Of a DNA stretch of 64,000 nt, positions 19,588 to 29,512 are shown piece by piece (positions within the stretch are counted from its first letter, which is position 1; every line of letters begins with the position of its first letter). The translations under genes were made by a program, and so were the position numbers. A model generated the notes under the pieces. That model did not search any database and was not told the origin of the DNA. It saw only the letters and a list, made by a program, of their open reading frames with translations. The stretch is from positions 1 through 64,000 of the IMG/VR virus record IMGVR_UViG_3300049893_000899; one strand, 5' to 3'. This stretch comes from a virus.

Positions 19588-20861
19588 TGGAAACAAAGAG
19601 GGATTTAAGACAGAAAGAGGTTCTAGGGAACTGGATTTCTAAAGGAGCAAAAGGAGTTATATTAGCCGCTACAGGTTTTGGCAAAACAAGAGTTGGAGAA
19701 ATGGCAATAAAACGATGCCTTGAAAGAGATCCCTCAAGAGTTGTTCATGTTGTAGTGCCTCAAAAGCTAATTAAGAATCAATGGGATAAGATAATCAAGA
19801 TTAACAATTGGAGCACAGTAAGTTGCTCTGTTATAAATGGTTATATTAGAAGGAAAGAAAGGAAGTGCGACCTATTGCTTGTAGATGAATTACATAGAGT
19901 TTCTAACGAAGAAGCTTTAAAGTTCAAGACAGCAATATTGAGTACAAAGTTTAGGTTCTTCTTAGGTTTAAGTGCGTTATTATCAAGGGATCAAGAGAGT
20001 TTCTTAGCCGGAATTGGGATTAATGTTGTTGACAAGGTTGACATCAAGGAAGCTGTTACAAATGAGTACGTTTCCAAGCATAAGGTTTTCTTCTTAGGAT
20101 TAGAACTAAACGCCAATGACGAGATGGAACTTGATAAGCTAAACAAGGAGTTCAACAAGGGTTTCTCCTTCTTCGGATATGATTTCAAGTATATGCAATA
20201 CTTGATGTCTGAAGCTGGAGTACAAGAGAGAAAGCGGTTTGAGCAGCAAAGGGCAATGTCCTCGGGGACTGTATTTGGAATGTTATCTAAAGCTTTCGCG
20301 GCAATGCGAAACAGGAAGATTTTCCTTCAGAAGACTACATCGAAGCTCCAAGCAGTAAAGGAGTTAAGGGAAACAGTCTTTGAAGGCAAAAAGATTATAA
20401 CATTCGGTCAATATACAGACTTTGCTGACAGTATAACCGATATGTTTGATGATTCGAGAAGTTATCACTCAAACGTCTCTTCCGCTGTAATAAACGGTAA
20501 GAAAGCCTCAAAGAAGAAAGTTCTTGAAAGAAATATGGAACAGTTTTCTAAGGGTGATATTATGATGTTAAATACAGCGAAAGCCGTCAATGAAGGTGTT
20601 GATATACCTGATGTTGATGGCGGTATTGTCACTTCATATACAGGAAATCCATTGACTATGCTTCAGATCTTAGGAAGACAGATTAGGTTTTCTGAAGGTA
20701 AAGAAGCTATTATGGTGGTCTTGTATATGAAGCTAAAAGACAGTAGAAAGAAAACCCAAGAACAGAAATGGTTAGAGCAAGCTTCCAAATCTATCACACC
20801 TCCAATATGGTGTGATTCAGTAGAAGAAATCTTAACCCATTTAAAATGTACTACAACTTAG
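19587..20861 (+). CDS. Superfamily 2 (DExH) helicase
   Basis: ATGFGKT, LLLVDELH, GLSA, EGVDIP, QILGRQIR. Confidence 0.92.
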   Translation: METKRDLRQKEVLGNWISKGAKGVILAATGFGKTRVGEMAIKRCLERDPSRVVHVVVPQKLIKNQWDKIIKINNWSTVSCSVINGYIRRKERKCDLLLVDELHRVSNEEALKFKTAILSTKFRFFLGLSALLSRDQESFLAGIGINVVDKVDIKEAVTNEYVSKHKVFFLGLELNANDEMELDKLNKEFNKGFSFFGYDFKYMQYLMSEAGVQERKRFEQQRAMSSGTVFGMLSKAFAAMRNRKIFLQKTTSKLQAVKELRETVFEGKKIITFGQYTDFADSITDMFDDSRSYHSNVSSAVINGKKASKKKVLERNMEQFSKGDIMMLNTAKAVNEGVDIPDVDGGIVTSYTGNPLTMLQILGRQIRFSEGKEAIMVVLYMKLKDSRKKTQEQKWLEQASKSITPPIWCDSVEEILTHLKCTTT

Positions 20862-21415
20862 AAGAAATCATTGCTTTTTGTGTTCAGCACAAGATTAGAG
20901 TAGAAGAGTTTAACGTGCTTTACATGTTTTACAAACAGAAAGAGAACCCTGAAAATGCTAAGTATTTATTTAACTACTGCGTTAACTGCGGAACTCTTTC
21001 TACTGCCCTTATGGAACGTCTTCATTCTAAAGGATTTATAAAGCCACTGTTCAAGACTCCAATAATAGACGAGAGATCGTTTTCATTTGAGAGATATGAA
21101 ATAACTGAAAAGACAAGGGAAATATTCTATGTAAATTTTGATTTTGCTGATGAAATTTTCGATATTTACCCTCCGTTTATAATCGGGAGTAATGGCAAAC
21201 AGTTTGTGACAAGAAATATTGGACCAGAAGAGGTTGAAGATATGATGATTGAGAAAATCAAGAAGAAAAGAGTATTCTCTTCATCTGAAGTGTTGGACGG
21301 TCTAAGAGATCATGTTAAGAACAATGCTGTTACAATGGGTTTAAAGAAATACATTGAAACAGAAGCATGGAAGATAAAGTATGAAGAAGGATTCCAACCA
21401 GAAATCGAGCTTTAG
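20846..21415 (+). CDS. Putative replication initiator / helicase-loader-like wHTH protein
   Basis: wHTH-like N-half (MERLHSKGFI), F..IYP motif, immediately upstream of DnaB. Confidence 0.4.
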   Translation: MYYNLEEIIAFCVQHKIRVEEFNVLYMFYKQKENPENAKYLFNYCVNCGTLSTALMERLHSKGFIKPLFKTPIIDERSFSFERYEITEKTREIFYVNFDFADEIFDIYPPFIIGSNGKQFVTRNIGPEEVEDMMIEKIKKKRVFSSSEVLDGLRDHVKNNAVTMGLKKYIETEAWKIKYEEGFQPEIEL

Positions 21416-22451
21416 AACCTTAAAAGAAAACATAGAAAGAGGAAAGAAAGGAGCTAACAACGGCTTAAAGATTGACTTACCTAAGATCAATAAAGAGTTA
21501 TGCGGAATACAAAGAGGCATATACTACTTGATTGGAGGCAAGACTTCATCTGGAAAGACTACGTTAGCTGATTCAGCTTTTATCATGTCAGCATTTAAAG
21601 ATTTCTTAGAGAAAAAGAATAGAGGAGAACATATTGAATTTTCTTGTTTATACTTTTCTTTAGAGATTAATATAGAGTTGAAGATGGCTAACTTTGCTGC
21701 AAGCTCTTTATATAGTAATTTTGGCATAATATCAACTCCTAACGAGATTTTATCTAAAGGCGAGCATTTTATATCAAAAGAACAAGAAGAAGCTGTAGAC
21801 AAGCTAGAGTCGTTCTATAATGACATAGATAAACATTTTCATTTCTTTGATGCCTTATCAACTCCAAAACAGATAATTAATAAGATTAACGAGTTCGTAG
21901 TACAAAATGGAACATTAACAGATAATGGTAATGGTTCCCATGTTTACACTCCACACCATTCAAATCATTATGTTTTGATTGTTGTTGATACTATTAATCT
22001 GTTGGAGCCTGATGATGGCAAGACACTGAAACAAGCTATCGACTCTTTGTCGAAATCATTTATTGAATATCGTAATGTATGCCTTTATACTCCTGTAATT
22101 ATACAGCAGTTGAACGCGGATATTGACGACCCAAGAAGGATAGCTCAGAAGATGTTCTTGCCAACAACAAACGACTTAGAGGACAGTAAGAGGCCCTCTA
22201 AGGATGCTGAAGTTGTACTGTTGTTATTCGACCCTCTTGAATTAGAAGTGAATGTATTCAAGAAGTTTGAGCTTAAGAACTTTACAGGACAAGCAAGGTA
22301 TAGGCATTTAAGGATCTGTAAGAACAGATATGGAACAAGGTATGCAGCAGTCAACACAGTTCTATATGGCGCTATAATGAAATTTAAAGAGTTAGAAAAA
22401 TCAGGAGACATGATGACTGACTCAGATTGGAGACAAATAAACAATTTATAA
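21381..22451 (+). CDS. dnaB: DnaB-like replicative helicase
   Basis: GGKTSSGKTT, YFSLE, IVVDTINL, IQQLN, DAEVVLLL, KNRYG. Confidence 0.9.
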   Translation: MKKDSNQKSSFRTLKENIERGKKGANNGLKIDLPKINKELCGIQRGIYYLIGGKTSSGKTTLADSAFIMSAFKDFLEKKNRGEHIEFSCLYFSLEINIELKMANFAASSLYSNFGIISTPNEILSKGEHFISKEQEEAVDKLESFYNDIDKHFHFFDALSTPKQIINKINEFVVQNGTLTDNGNGSHVYTPHHSNHYVLIVVDTINLLEPDDGKTLKQAIDSLSKSFIEYRNVCLYTPVIIQQLNADIDDPRRIAQKMFLPTTNDLEDSKRPSKDAEVVLLLFDPLELEVNVFKKFELKNFTGQARYRHLRICKNRYGTRYAAVNTVLYGAIMKFKELEKSGDMMTDSDWRQINNL

Positions 22452-23179
22452 TGGCAGAATTAATAGGAATCGTAGGGTTCGCAGGAACAGGTAAGTCAAC
22501 TTCATTAAGAAACTTGCCAAGTGAAGAGACTTTTATTATAAGTCCAAGTAAAGACAAGTTGCCAATTCCTGGCTTCAAGTCTAAATACAAGTTATGGAGT
22601 AAGGAGAATCCAACAGGAAACTTCCTTATGACTAAATCTCTTGAAACAGTAACTACTATTATCAAGAAGATTGATAAGGAAGAGAAGTGGAAGCATATCA
22701 AGTATATTGTTATTGAAGATATGACTCACTTCTTCAACAGTATGACCTTATCTGCAGACTTTAGAGCGCAAAACTCTGGTAATGCAGCATTCTCAAGATG
22801 GGCAGACTTTGGTTCAAAGGTGTATCAGGCTTTATTTGAGAATGTTCACGAGTATAGAGATGATCTTACTATTGTAACAATCTACCATCCAGAGAAAGAG
22901 AATACAATAGATGGAGAGAAACTTAAGATTAAGACTCCAGGTAGTTTATTGGAAAAGACGGTAGATTTACCTTCTTACTATACCAACTTACTTTACACTT
23001 ATGTTGTTCCTGTAGATAAGAATAATCCAGTTGATGTATCAGAAAGATATAAGTTTGTTACTAATGACGATGGTTACCATCCAGCTAAGACTATGAATGG
23101 ATTGTTTGACGAATTGTTGATAGACAACAACTTGTATGCGGTTCTGAATAGAATTAAAGAATATGAGGAAATTGGTTGA
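22427..23179 (+). CDS. AAA ATPase (AAA_24/Sak4-like)
   Basis: GFAGTGKSTS, IVIED, C-terminal AKT motif; probable start MAELIG at 22451. Confidence 0.8.
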   Translation: METNKQFIMAELIGIVGFAGTGKSTSLRNLPSEETFIISPSKDKLPIPGFKSKYKLWSKENPTGNFLMTKSLETVTTIIKKIDKEEKWKHIKYIVIEDMTHFFNSMTLSADFRAQNSGNAAFSRWADFGSKVYQALFENVHEYRDDLTIVTIYHPEKENTIDGEKLKIKTPGSLLEKTVDLPSYYTNLLYTYVVPVDKNNPVDVSERYKFVTNDDGYHPAKTMNGLFDELLIDNNLYAVLNRIKEYEEIG

Positions 23180-23429
23180 GACAAAACTAAACTATAACTT
23201 AGGCAACAAGAAGGAGATATTTGAATTCTTCTTCAATAAAGCAGTTAAAGTTAGTGTTGACGGAAATAACCGTTCAATAAAGAGAGACGACAATGGGTTT
23301 ATCATGAAGATGATGCATCCAACAGTGTTTAGAAAGTCATATCTAACAGATTTATTATTCCAGAACGCAAAGGGATATGAAGTAGTTAGAGATGAAGAGG
23401 AAGTAATTGTAGAATTAATAATTAAATAA
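23163..23429 (+). CDS. Hypothetical protein
   Basis: Coupled ORF. Confidence 0.55.
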   Translation: MRKLVETKLNYNLGNKKEIFEFFFNKAVKVSVDGNNRSIKRDDNGFIMKMMHPTVFRKSYLTDLLFQNAKGYEVVRDEEEVIVELIIK

Positions 23430-23433
23430 AGTT

Positions 23434-24021
23434 ATGTTTAACGGATCAGAAGTAGCAGCAAATTCAGGAGATAAAAGAATCACTCCAGGTAACAGAGTTA
23501 AATTAAGATGTGAGAACATTGATTTAGACCAAGCAAAAGGTAATATCTCAATGAAGTTCAGAGGTGAATGTGGTGGTGTATTAAACCATACAATCTTTAA
23601 TATTGATCCTTCAGCTTCAGTTTATGCTTCTTTATCAGGAGAAGAAAAGAAAGAGAGAATCAAGAAAGACTTCCAAAAGGTATTGCATGTTTTTGCAGCT
23701 TTCGTTGGTCCAGATGCGGTTAAAGCTGTTAAAGGAGAGTCTTTCCCTCAGGTTGCTATGCAGTTGATTAAGCTTGTTGGCTTGAAGTATAAAGAAGTTC
23801 AATTGGAAGGTAAAGTTGTTGTTAACAAGAAGAACTTTGCTTCTTTCCCTTTCTTCACTAACTTCTTGTCTTCAGATTTAAATCCAACTAACTGGACTAT
23901 AAATGCTACTTACGATAAGTTTGAGTATGAAGACGCTCCAGCAACAGATAGTCCATTTGCAAGTAAAGAAGAGGAATCTCCACTTGGAGGGCCAATCTCA
24001 GAGGACGAAATAGGATTCTAA
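23434..24021 (+). CDS. Putative single-stranded DNA-binding protein
   Basis: Between AAA ATPase and primase; acidic tail ending EDEIGF. Confidence 0.6.
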   Translation: MFNGSEVAANSGDKRITPGNRVKLRCENIDLDQAKGNISMKFRGECGGVLNHTIFNIDPSASVYASLSGEEKKERIKKDFQKVLHVFAAFVGPDAVKAVKGESFPQVAMQLIKLVGLKYKEVQLEGKVVVNKKNFASFPFFTNFLSSDLNPTNWTINATYDKFEYEDAPATDSPFASKEEESPLGGPISEDEIGF

Positions 24022-24022
24022 T

Positions 24023-25027
24023 ATGTTGTTCGAGTACGAGGAGATTAAGAACATAAATCTTAAAGAGAAGATATTAAGCGAGGTGTCCCAAGAGGACATC
24101 TTCGCAAGATATCTATCTATTGAAGTCAAGGCTAAGTCTATGTTCAGAAATCCCCTTAGAGACGACAAGAACCCTACATGTGAATTTGTTAAATTCAACG
24201 GAGTATTATACCTTAGAGATTATTCTGGTTTCTTCGGAGAGATAGGTGTCAACTGCTTCGACTTAGTATCTTTTCTCTATAATATAAGCTTCAAGGAAGC
24301 TTTAATAAGAGTCAAAGAAGACTTAAACATTGGAAAGATTGGATTATTCAGTGTTGCTTCAAAGAGAAAAGAGATAGAGATCGAAGAGTCTGAACCTAAA
24401 AAAATATCAATAGTAAAGAGAAGCTTCAATAATGTAGATAAAGAGTTTTGGAATCAAGGAACCATACAAGAAGAAGACCTTATTAAGTTTAATGTCTATC
24501 CGGTTAAAGAATGCTGGATAGACGACTTAAGAGGATATTGGTACAGTGAAAAATACGCTGATAATGTAGCATATAGTTACTTCTTTGAAGATGGTTCTAC
24601 CAAAGTATATTTCCCTAATAAGGAGAAGAAATATAGATTTATTGGTAATTCAAATTATGTACAAGGATTACGTGAATTAGATTTTAGTAAAGATATAGTA
24701 TTCATTACTAAATCAATGAAAGATGTAATATCACTATACAAACTTGGATATACTGCTATCTCTGAACAATCCGAAGGAAGTATTGTCAGAGATTGGTTAA
24801 TCAAACTATTAAAAGTAGCATTTAATGAAGTTGTCTTGCTATATGATAACGATGAAGCAGGAATAGAAGGGGCTAAAAGAAACTCCAAAAAGCATTCTAT
24901 ACCATATATCTATTATGAAGAAAGTTCAAGTAAAGATACTTTCGATAATATAAGAGATTATGGTGCCGAGGCTACAAAACAAAAAATTATTAATCTATTA
25001 AAACAGAAAAGAAATGAGAACAATTAA
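24023..25027 (+). CDS. DNA primase (TOPRIM)
   Basis: NPLRDDKNPTC N-domain, ITKSMKDV, YDNDEAG, KD motif; crAss-type primase. Confidence 0.88.
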   Translation: MLFEYEEIKNINLKEKILSEVSQEDIFARYLSIEVKAKSMFRNPLRDDKNPTCEFVKFNGVLYLRDYSGFFGEIGVNCFDLVSFLYNISFKEALIRVKEDLNIGKIGLFSVASKRKEIEIEESEPKKISIVKRSFNNVDKEFWNQGTIQEEDLIKFNVYPVKECWIDDLRGYWYSEKYADNVAYSYFFEDGSTKVYFPNKEKKYRFIGNSNYVQGLRELDFSKDIVFITKSMKDVISLYKLGYTAISEQSEGSIVRDWLIKLLKVAFNEVVLLYDNDEAGIEGAKRNSKKHSIPYIYYEESSSKDTFDNIRDYGAEATKQKIINLLKQKRNENN

Positions 25028-25532
25028 AATTATCACACCATCAGGAAGAGTATCAATCGAAACTAATGCAACAACTTTCGGAGAATTAAGAGAACACCCT
25101 TCTTTCCCGGCTGTTGACTTGACTAAGAACGAAGTTACTGTAAAAGGTAGCGATGTTTCTTTGAGATTAGATAGCGCTGCTTTACCTGAAGGGAATGTGG
25201 TTATGTATATAACAGCTAAAGAACAGAAGGCAGGTATGTCAAAAGAAACTTATTACGATCAGCTTTCTACTGGAGAACTTAAAGACCTTTGTGACGAAAG
25301 AGATATTTATTACTATTCATCCAATAGAGAAAGTCTTATTGACCTTCTTCTTGAAGATGATTTAAGAGAAAATTCTTCAGTAAGTGAATCTAAAGTTGAA
25401 GGGATTAAGAATGCTTTATTAAGTATCAAGACTCAAATTGATGGAATCTTAGATTCTATTGATGATGAAGATGATGAGTTCGACATGAAAGAGCTTGAAA
25501 GACTTAGTAACGCTGTTAAGAATATCAAATAA
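25014..25532 (+). CDS. Ubiquitin-like (beta-grasp) protein with internal KAG and a SAP/HeH-like extension
   Basis: MRTIKIIT...ETNATTFGEL...VVMYITAKEQKAG (Gly74), then LSTGELKDLCDERDI...RESLIDLL; lies upstream of E2/JAB/E1. Confidence 0.65.
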   Translation: MRTIKIITPSGRVSIETNATTFGELREHPSFPAVDLTKNEVTVKGSDVSLRLDSAALPEGNVVMYITAKEQKAGMSKETYYDQLSTGELKDLCDERDIYYYSSNRESLIDLLLEDDLRENSSVSESKVEGIKNALLSIKTQIDGILDSIDDEDDEFDMKELERLSNAVKNIK

Positions 25533-25539
25533 CTAAAAC

Positions 25540-25561
25540 GCCCTGGAAACAGGGCTTTTTT
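25540..25561 (+). terminator. Terminator between the Ubl and E2-like genes
   Basis: GCCCTG-GAAA-CAGGGC followed by T6. Confidence 0.75.
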
Positions 25562-26563
25562 ATGATACATCATAACCAAAGAATACAACAGAAGAATGAG
25601 CTGAAAGAAAGACACCCTCTGTTTTATCAAGCCTTGATTGAAGAGAAGAAACAGTTTGGATATAGTTATGGGAAAATACATATTATGTATGAGAATTACT
25701 ATGTAAGAACTGATTATGGAGCTTCTTATTTCTGCCCTAAAAGCATAATAACAATTGATGTTCTTAATGGAGTAATGCATTTCACTCCAATATCTGTAAA
25801 TTCTATATATAATATGAATTATTTCTCACACGCGTCAAACAGTGGGAGTCTTTGTATAGGAATGAAGTTTGAAACACCAATTAAACAGGCTTTGAATGAA
25901 ATAAGCGATGAATATAATAGTGTTTCAGATGGAGAGGAACCAGAGCTTGATGTTGATGATTATATCTACTTCTTAAAACTATTAGATCAATATGTTACAT
26001 ATGAATCTATTGAAGGTGTTCCTTATTCTGTATTTAGGCACAACATAAAAAACGTAGCTCCTTCAAATTACAAGTTTCTAATTCCAAAAGACTATATACC
26101 AAATGAAGATAATCAAGATTCAGATATAAATCCATATGATTATATTTATGAAATTGCTATAGATTCATCTTCAAGGCATAATAGTATGAATTATGAAGGA
26201 GAGCTTGTTGGTATTTCAAAAAGAAATAATTCATTAATACTTAATTGTGGATATTTAATAGTTTTAAGTAATATTGAAAAATCTTTCTTACTTGAAAAAG
26301 GATATATAGACTGTGTTTCAGGATATCCTTATAAAATGAATAATATACATCGGTCATATTATTATGGATTTTACATTGGAGACAAAAGAATAGAGGATAT
26401 AATTGAAGAAGTAAAACCTGTAAACAGAAAAGTAAGATTAACAATTGATTGTTTCAGAAGTGAGAATAATCAGTTTGAAAACGCATTGCAAAGAAGAGTA
26501 AACAATATCACAAATGAAAAAGAAGCCAGAAATAGAGCAAAAACAAGAACAATCGAAAGATAA
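25562..26563 (+). CDS. Prokaryotic E2-like conjugating protein
   Basis: FSHASNSGSLCIG resembles the E2 H-x(5-6)-G-x-hCh catalytic motif; operon context. Confidence 0.55.
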   Translation: MIHHNQRIQQKNELKERHPLFYQALIEEKKQFGYSYGKIHIMYENYYVRTDYGASYFCPKSIITIDVLNGVMHFTPISVNSIYNMNYFSHASNSGSLCIGMKFETPIKQALNEISDEYNSVSDGEEPELDVDDYIYFLKLLDQYVTYESIEGVPYSVFRHNIKNVAPSNYKFLIPKDYIPNEDNQDSDINPYDYIYEIAIDSSSRHNSMNYEGELVGISKRNNSLILNCGYLIVLSNIEKSFLLEKGYIDCVSGYPYKMNNIHRSYYYGFYIGDKRIEDIIEEVKPVNRKVRLTIDCFRSENNQFENALQRRVNNITNEKEARNRAKTRTIER

Positions 26564-27689
26564 TGCTCCTGTAATTGAAAAGACTAAACATAAGCTTTTC
26601 ATACCAAACAGCATGATGAACCATATTAACCAGTTACATAGAGAAATTGGACCTATTGAATGGAGTGGTATATTGTTGTTTGAGCATAACGGATCTATTG
26701 AAGAGGGATTAGACCTTAAAGCTAAAGGTTTATATCCTATGAACATAGGTCATGCTACGTATACCGAATTTAGTTCAGGTAAAAAGATGCAAGATATTGA
26801 AAAGCTTCACGAAACATGGGAAGATGAAGACTGGAGATGCGCGTTGGTCCACACGCATCATTCCATGCCGGCTTTTGCTTCCACAACAGATATAAAGGAA
26901 ATAGAAGATAATGCTAATCTTCATGAGTACTATGTTTCGTTGATTGTTAACTTCAGTGGTCAGTTTGTTTGTAAGATAGGGATTTATTCTGAAGAAGTTC
27001 AGACTGTAGAACGATACAGAATACATCCAATGTCTGGAACAAAAGAGTTTGCTGGAACTTCAAAGAGAGAGTATAAGAAAGTTGAGATTGTAGACTGCGA
27101 AATAATTTACGAAGACAACAAAGTTCTTTCTAAAGTTATTAAAGAACTTAAAGACTCTAAGAAAGCTTCAGAAGTAAAGACTTTTGCTACAACAAGTAAC
27201 AAATATGGAGACTCTTTCAAATATGGTTCTAAGGATTGGAATTGGGATCAATGGAAGAATAATAATCAGCAAACAAGTCTATTTGGAGACACTACAAGCA
27301 TAACTAAGAATATAGACTACGAATATATTTATGAAAATATACTAGAGATCCTTTGTCTTGACAGCGATTTAGCAAGTGAACTTACAGAAGAATTTAATGC
27401 AAACATGATGAAGCCAAGGGCAACAGAAAAAGAGGTTGTATTAGGTATTTCAATGATAGAGAAAAGGATATCTCCAATATTGACAATGAAGTCTATAAAA
27501 GAAGTTGTTTACGATATTTGCTTGTACCATATTGACTTAAGTATTGAAGATTTTGACGACATCTTATCTTTGTTGAAGAAGAGTTCAGACGTATATAAGA
27601 TATTTGAAAAAGTTAGAGAATATCTTGAGGAAGAGTTAAGGGAAATAGAAGAAATAAAAAGACTAAATGGATTACAGGGACAGATTTAA
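26514..27689 (+). CDS. JAB/JAMM metallo-isopeptidase
   Basis: EWSGIL ... HTHHSMPAFASTTD (E...HxH-x7-S-x2-D). Confidence 0.88.
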   Translation: MKKKPEIEQKQEQSKDNAPVIEKTKHKLFIPNSMMNHINQLHREIGPIEWSGILLFEHNGSIEEGLDLKAKGLYPMNIGHATYTEFSSGKKMQDIEKLHETWEDEDWRCALVHTHHSMPAFASTTDIKEIEDNANLHEYYVSLIVNFSGQFVCKIGIYSEEVQTVERYRIHPMSGTKEFAGTSKREYKKVEIVDCEIIYEDNKVLSKVIKELKDSKKASEVKTFATTSNKYGDSFKYGSKDWNWDQWKNNNQQTSLFGDTTSITKNIDYEYIYENILEILCLDSDLASELTEEFNANMMKPRATEKEVVLGISMIEKRISPILTMKSIKEVVYDICLYHIDLSIEDFDDILSLLKKSSDVYKIFEKVREYLEEELREIEEIKRLNGLQGQI

Positions 27690-28365
27690 AGGAGCACCAT
27701 GGGCAAATACACCGTTAAGAGTAACGGTGTATGGCGCAGGTTCGTTAGGTTCTTGGTTGACATTGTTGCTATCAAGAATAGGGCATGATATTCAACTTGT
27801 AGATTATGATGTTGTTGAAGAAGTTAATTTAGCTGGTCAGTTCTTTAGAACTGTAGATGTTGGATCGACTAAGGTTTCTGCTGTTGCTAATAATGTTAGA
27901 AGCTTTTCTGGAGAGAACATAAGAACACAAACAGCAATGGTAAGAGAAGACAATGCAATTACACTTCAATATGGCAACATTGCTTTTTCTTGCTTTGACA
28001 ATCTTCAAGCAAGAAAAGATATTGCAAACATGTTCTTAGATAACAACTTACTTGATAGACAGTTCTCTTGTCTTGTAGATATTAGGATGTCAGCGGAATC
28101 ATTTGAGGTTTATTTAATTAAGAATAATGACGAATTGAAGCATTACTTGGTTACTTTACCTAACGACAACGATGTAGAAGACTTGCCTTGCACATTGAAG
28201 TCAACAAGCCATATCGCTATGCACGCAACTTGTAAAGCTGTTGAGGTTTTCAATAACTTCTTGACTAATGAATTTGGCTTAGATGGATTTGAAGAGAGAG
28301 AAGTTTTCTACAAGTATAGATATGATTCAATTTTAATGAAAGAAACATATGTTAGATCACTTTAG
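27667..28365 (+). CDS. ThiF/E1-like activating enzyme
   Basis: GAGSLGS, DYDVVEEVNLAGQ, K, CFDNLQAR, candidate catalytic Cys in LPCT. Confidence 0.9.
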   Translation: MDYRDRFKGAPWANTPLRVTVYGAGSLGSWLTLLLSRIGHDIQLVDYDVVEEVNLAGQFFRTVDVGSTKVSAVANNVRSFSGENIRTQTAMVREDNAITLQYGNIAFSCFDNLQARKDIANMFLDNNLLDRQFSCLVDIRMSAESFEVYLIKNNDELKHYLVTLPNDNDVEDLPCTLKSTSHIAMHATCKAVEVFNNFLTNEFGLDGFEEREVFYKYRYDSILMKETYVRSL

Positions 28366-28813
28366 AAGTCAACTTCAAGATCATCATGCTATTGATAGAT
28401 TGTTCAAAGTAAAACAATATGTAGACTGGAGAGTATATAGAAGATCTGCTATAAAAACTAAAAGAGCTATAATAGATTCTACAAGAGATTATTCTGAAGT
28501 AAGATTGAGTAATTCTTCTTATGGAATGAATATTGGCATATTGAAATATGGTGAAGGGATTAAATTGCTTATAGATAAAGGAGATTGTGTAATATTTGCA
28601 ATTTACTTCCAAGAATCTGATATAATAGTCTTTAATTCTCAGTTTAATAAAGGACGTGTATTTAAATATAAATACTTTATTGAGAAAGGAAAGTTCAACA
28701 ACTACGATGTATCAGAAATATCTTTCTATAAGAAAAGAGTAATCGTTGATGTAGAAGAAGAATTATTAAACTTATTAGGTAAATCAGTAGTAGATTTTGA
28801 AAGAATAGAGTAA
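28349..28813 (+). CDS. Hypothetical protein
   Basis: Coupled to the E1 gene. Confidence 0.55.
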   Translation: MLDHFRSQLQDHHAIDRLFKVKQYVDWRVYRRSAIKTKRAIIDSTRDYSEVRLSNSSYGMNIGILKYGEGIKLLIDKGDCVIFAIYFQESDIIVFNSQFNKGRVFKYKYFIEKGKFNNYDVSEISFYKKRVIVDVEEELLNLLGKSVVDFERIE

Positions 28814-28834
28814 CAAGGTTACTTATTATTAATT

Positions 28835-29512
28835 ATGGTAAACATTAAAAACACACTCTTACATACAATAGAATACCCTCTTTATTTAAAGAGGGTAATG
28901 CTATCAAGTAAGAGGCAGCCAAAATATTACACTCCAACATGTAAGATTAAAAACAAAAGACTAAACGACAGAACTAGGTTCGTCTTTAGTGAGTACAAAA
29001 AGACAAAGAAACAGTACCTTGTAGATGTGAAGACAGGAGAAAGGGTTTTAAAGAATCCTAGAGCAGCCGGAACACCAAAGTATATGTCAATAAATGCACA
29101 GCATCTCTACAATCAAAATCTTCATGAATTTAGTAGAGATAAGATCGTTAGAGTGTTACATTCGTTCTTTGAAGAAGGATTGAAAAGTATTCCAAGAATA
29201 GATGTTTATCCATTAATGATTATAATGGAAATACACGACACGATATTAGAAGAAACATCAAGTTGGGACGTTGGCAACAGAGGTTTCTTTTATCAGAAGA
29301 CATTTGAAGACGTATTGAAGAAAGATAAGATTATTGATGATTCGTCAATATATATCTCTATGCCTCCAGCTCCGATATTTATACCTGTAGCTACAGCAGA
29401 AGAGAGAAAGCTTGTATTTTCAATATATCATATAACTGATGAAAGAATTGTTAACGACGTTTATAAGAGTTACGTACAAAAAGAAAATATAAATCATTAT
29501 GATAGCTTTTAA
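28835..29512 (+). CDS. RusA-like Holliday junction resolvase
   Basis: WDVGN...KTFEDVL...IIDDS resembles RusA DxDN..K...D.L...DD. Confidence 0.55.
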   Translation: MVNIKNTLLHTIEYPLYLKRVMLSSKRQPKYYTPTCKIKNKRLNDRTRFVFSEYKKTKKQYLVDVKTGERVLKNPRAAGTPKYMSINAQHLYNQNLHEFSRDKIVRVLHSFFEEGLKSIPRIDVYPLMIIMEIHDTILEETSSWDVGNRGFFYQKTFEDVLKKDKIIDDSSIYISMPPAPIFIPVATAEERKLVFSIYHITDERIVNDVYKSYVQKENINHYDSF

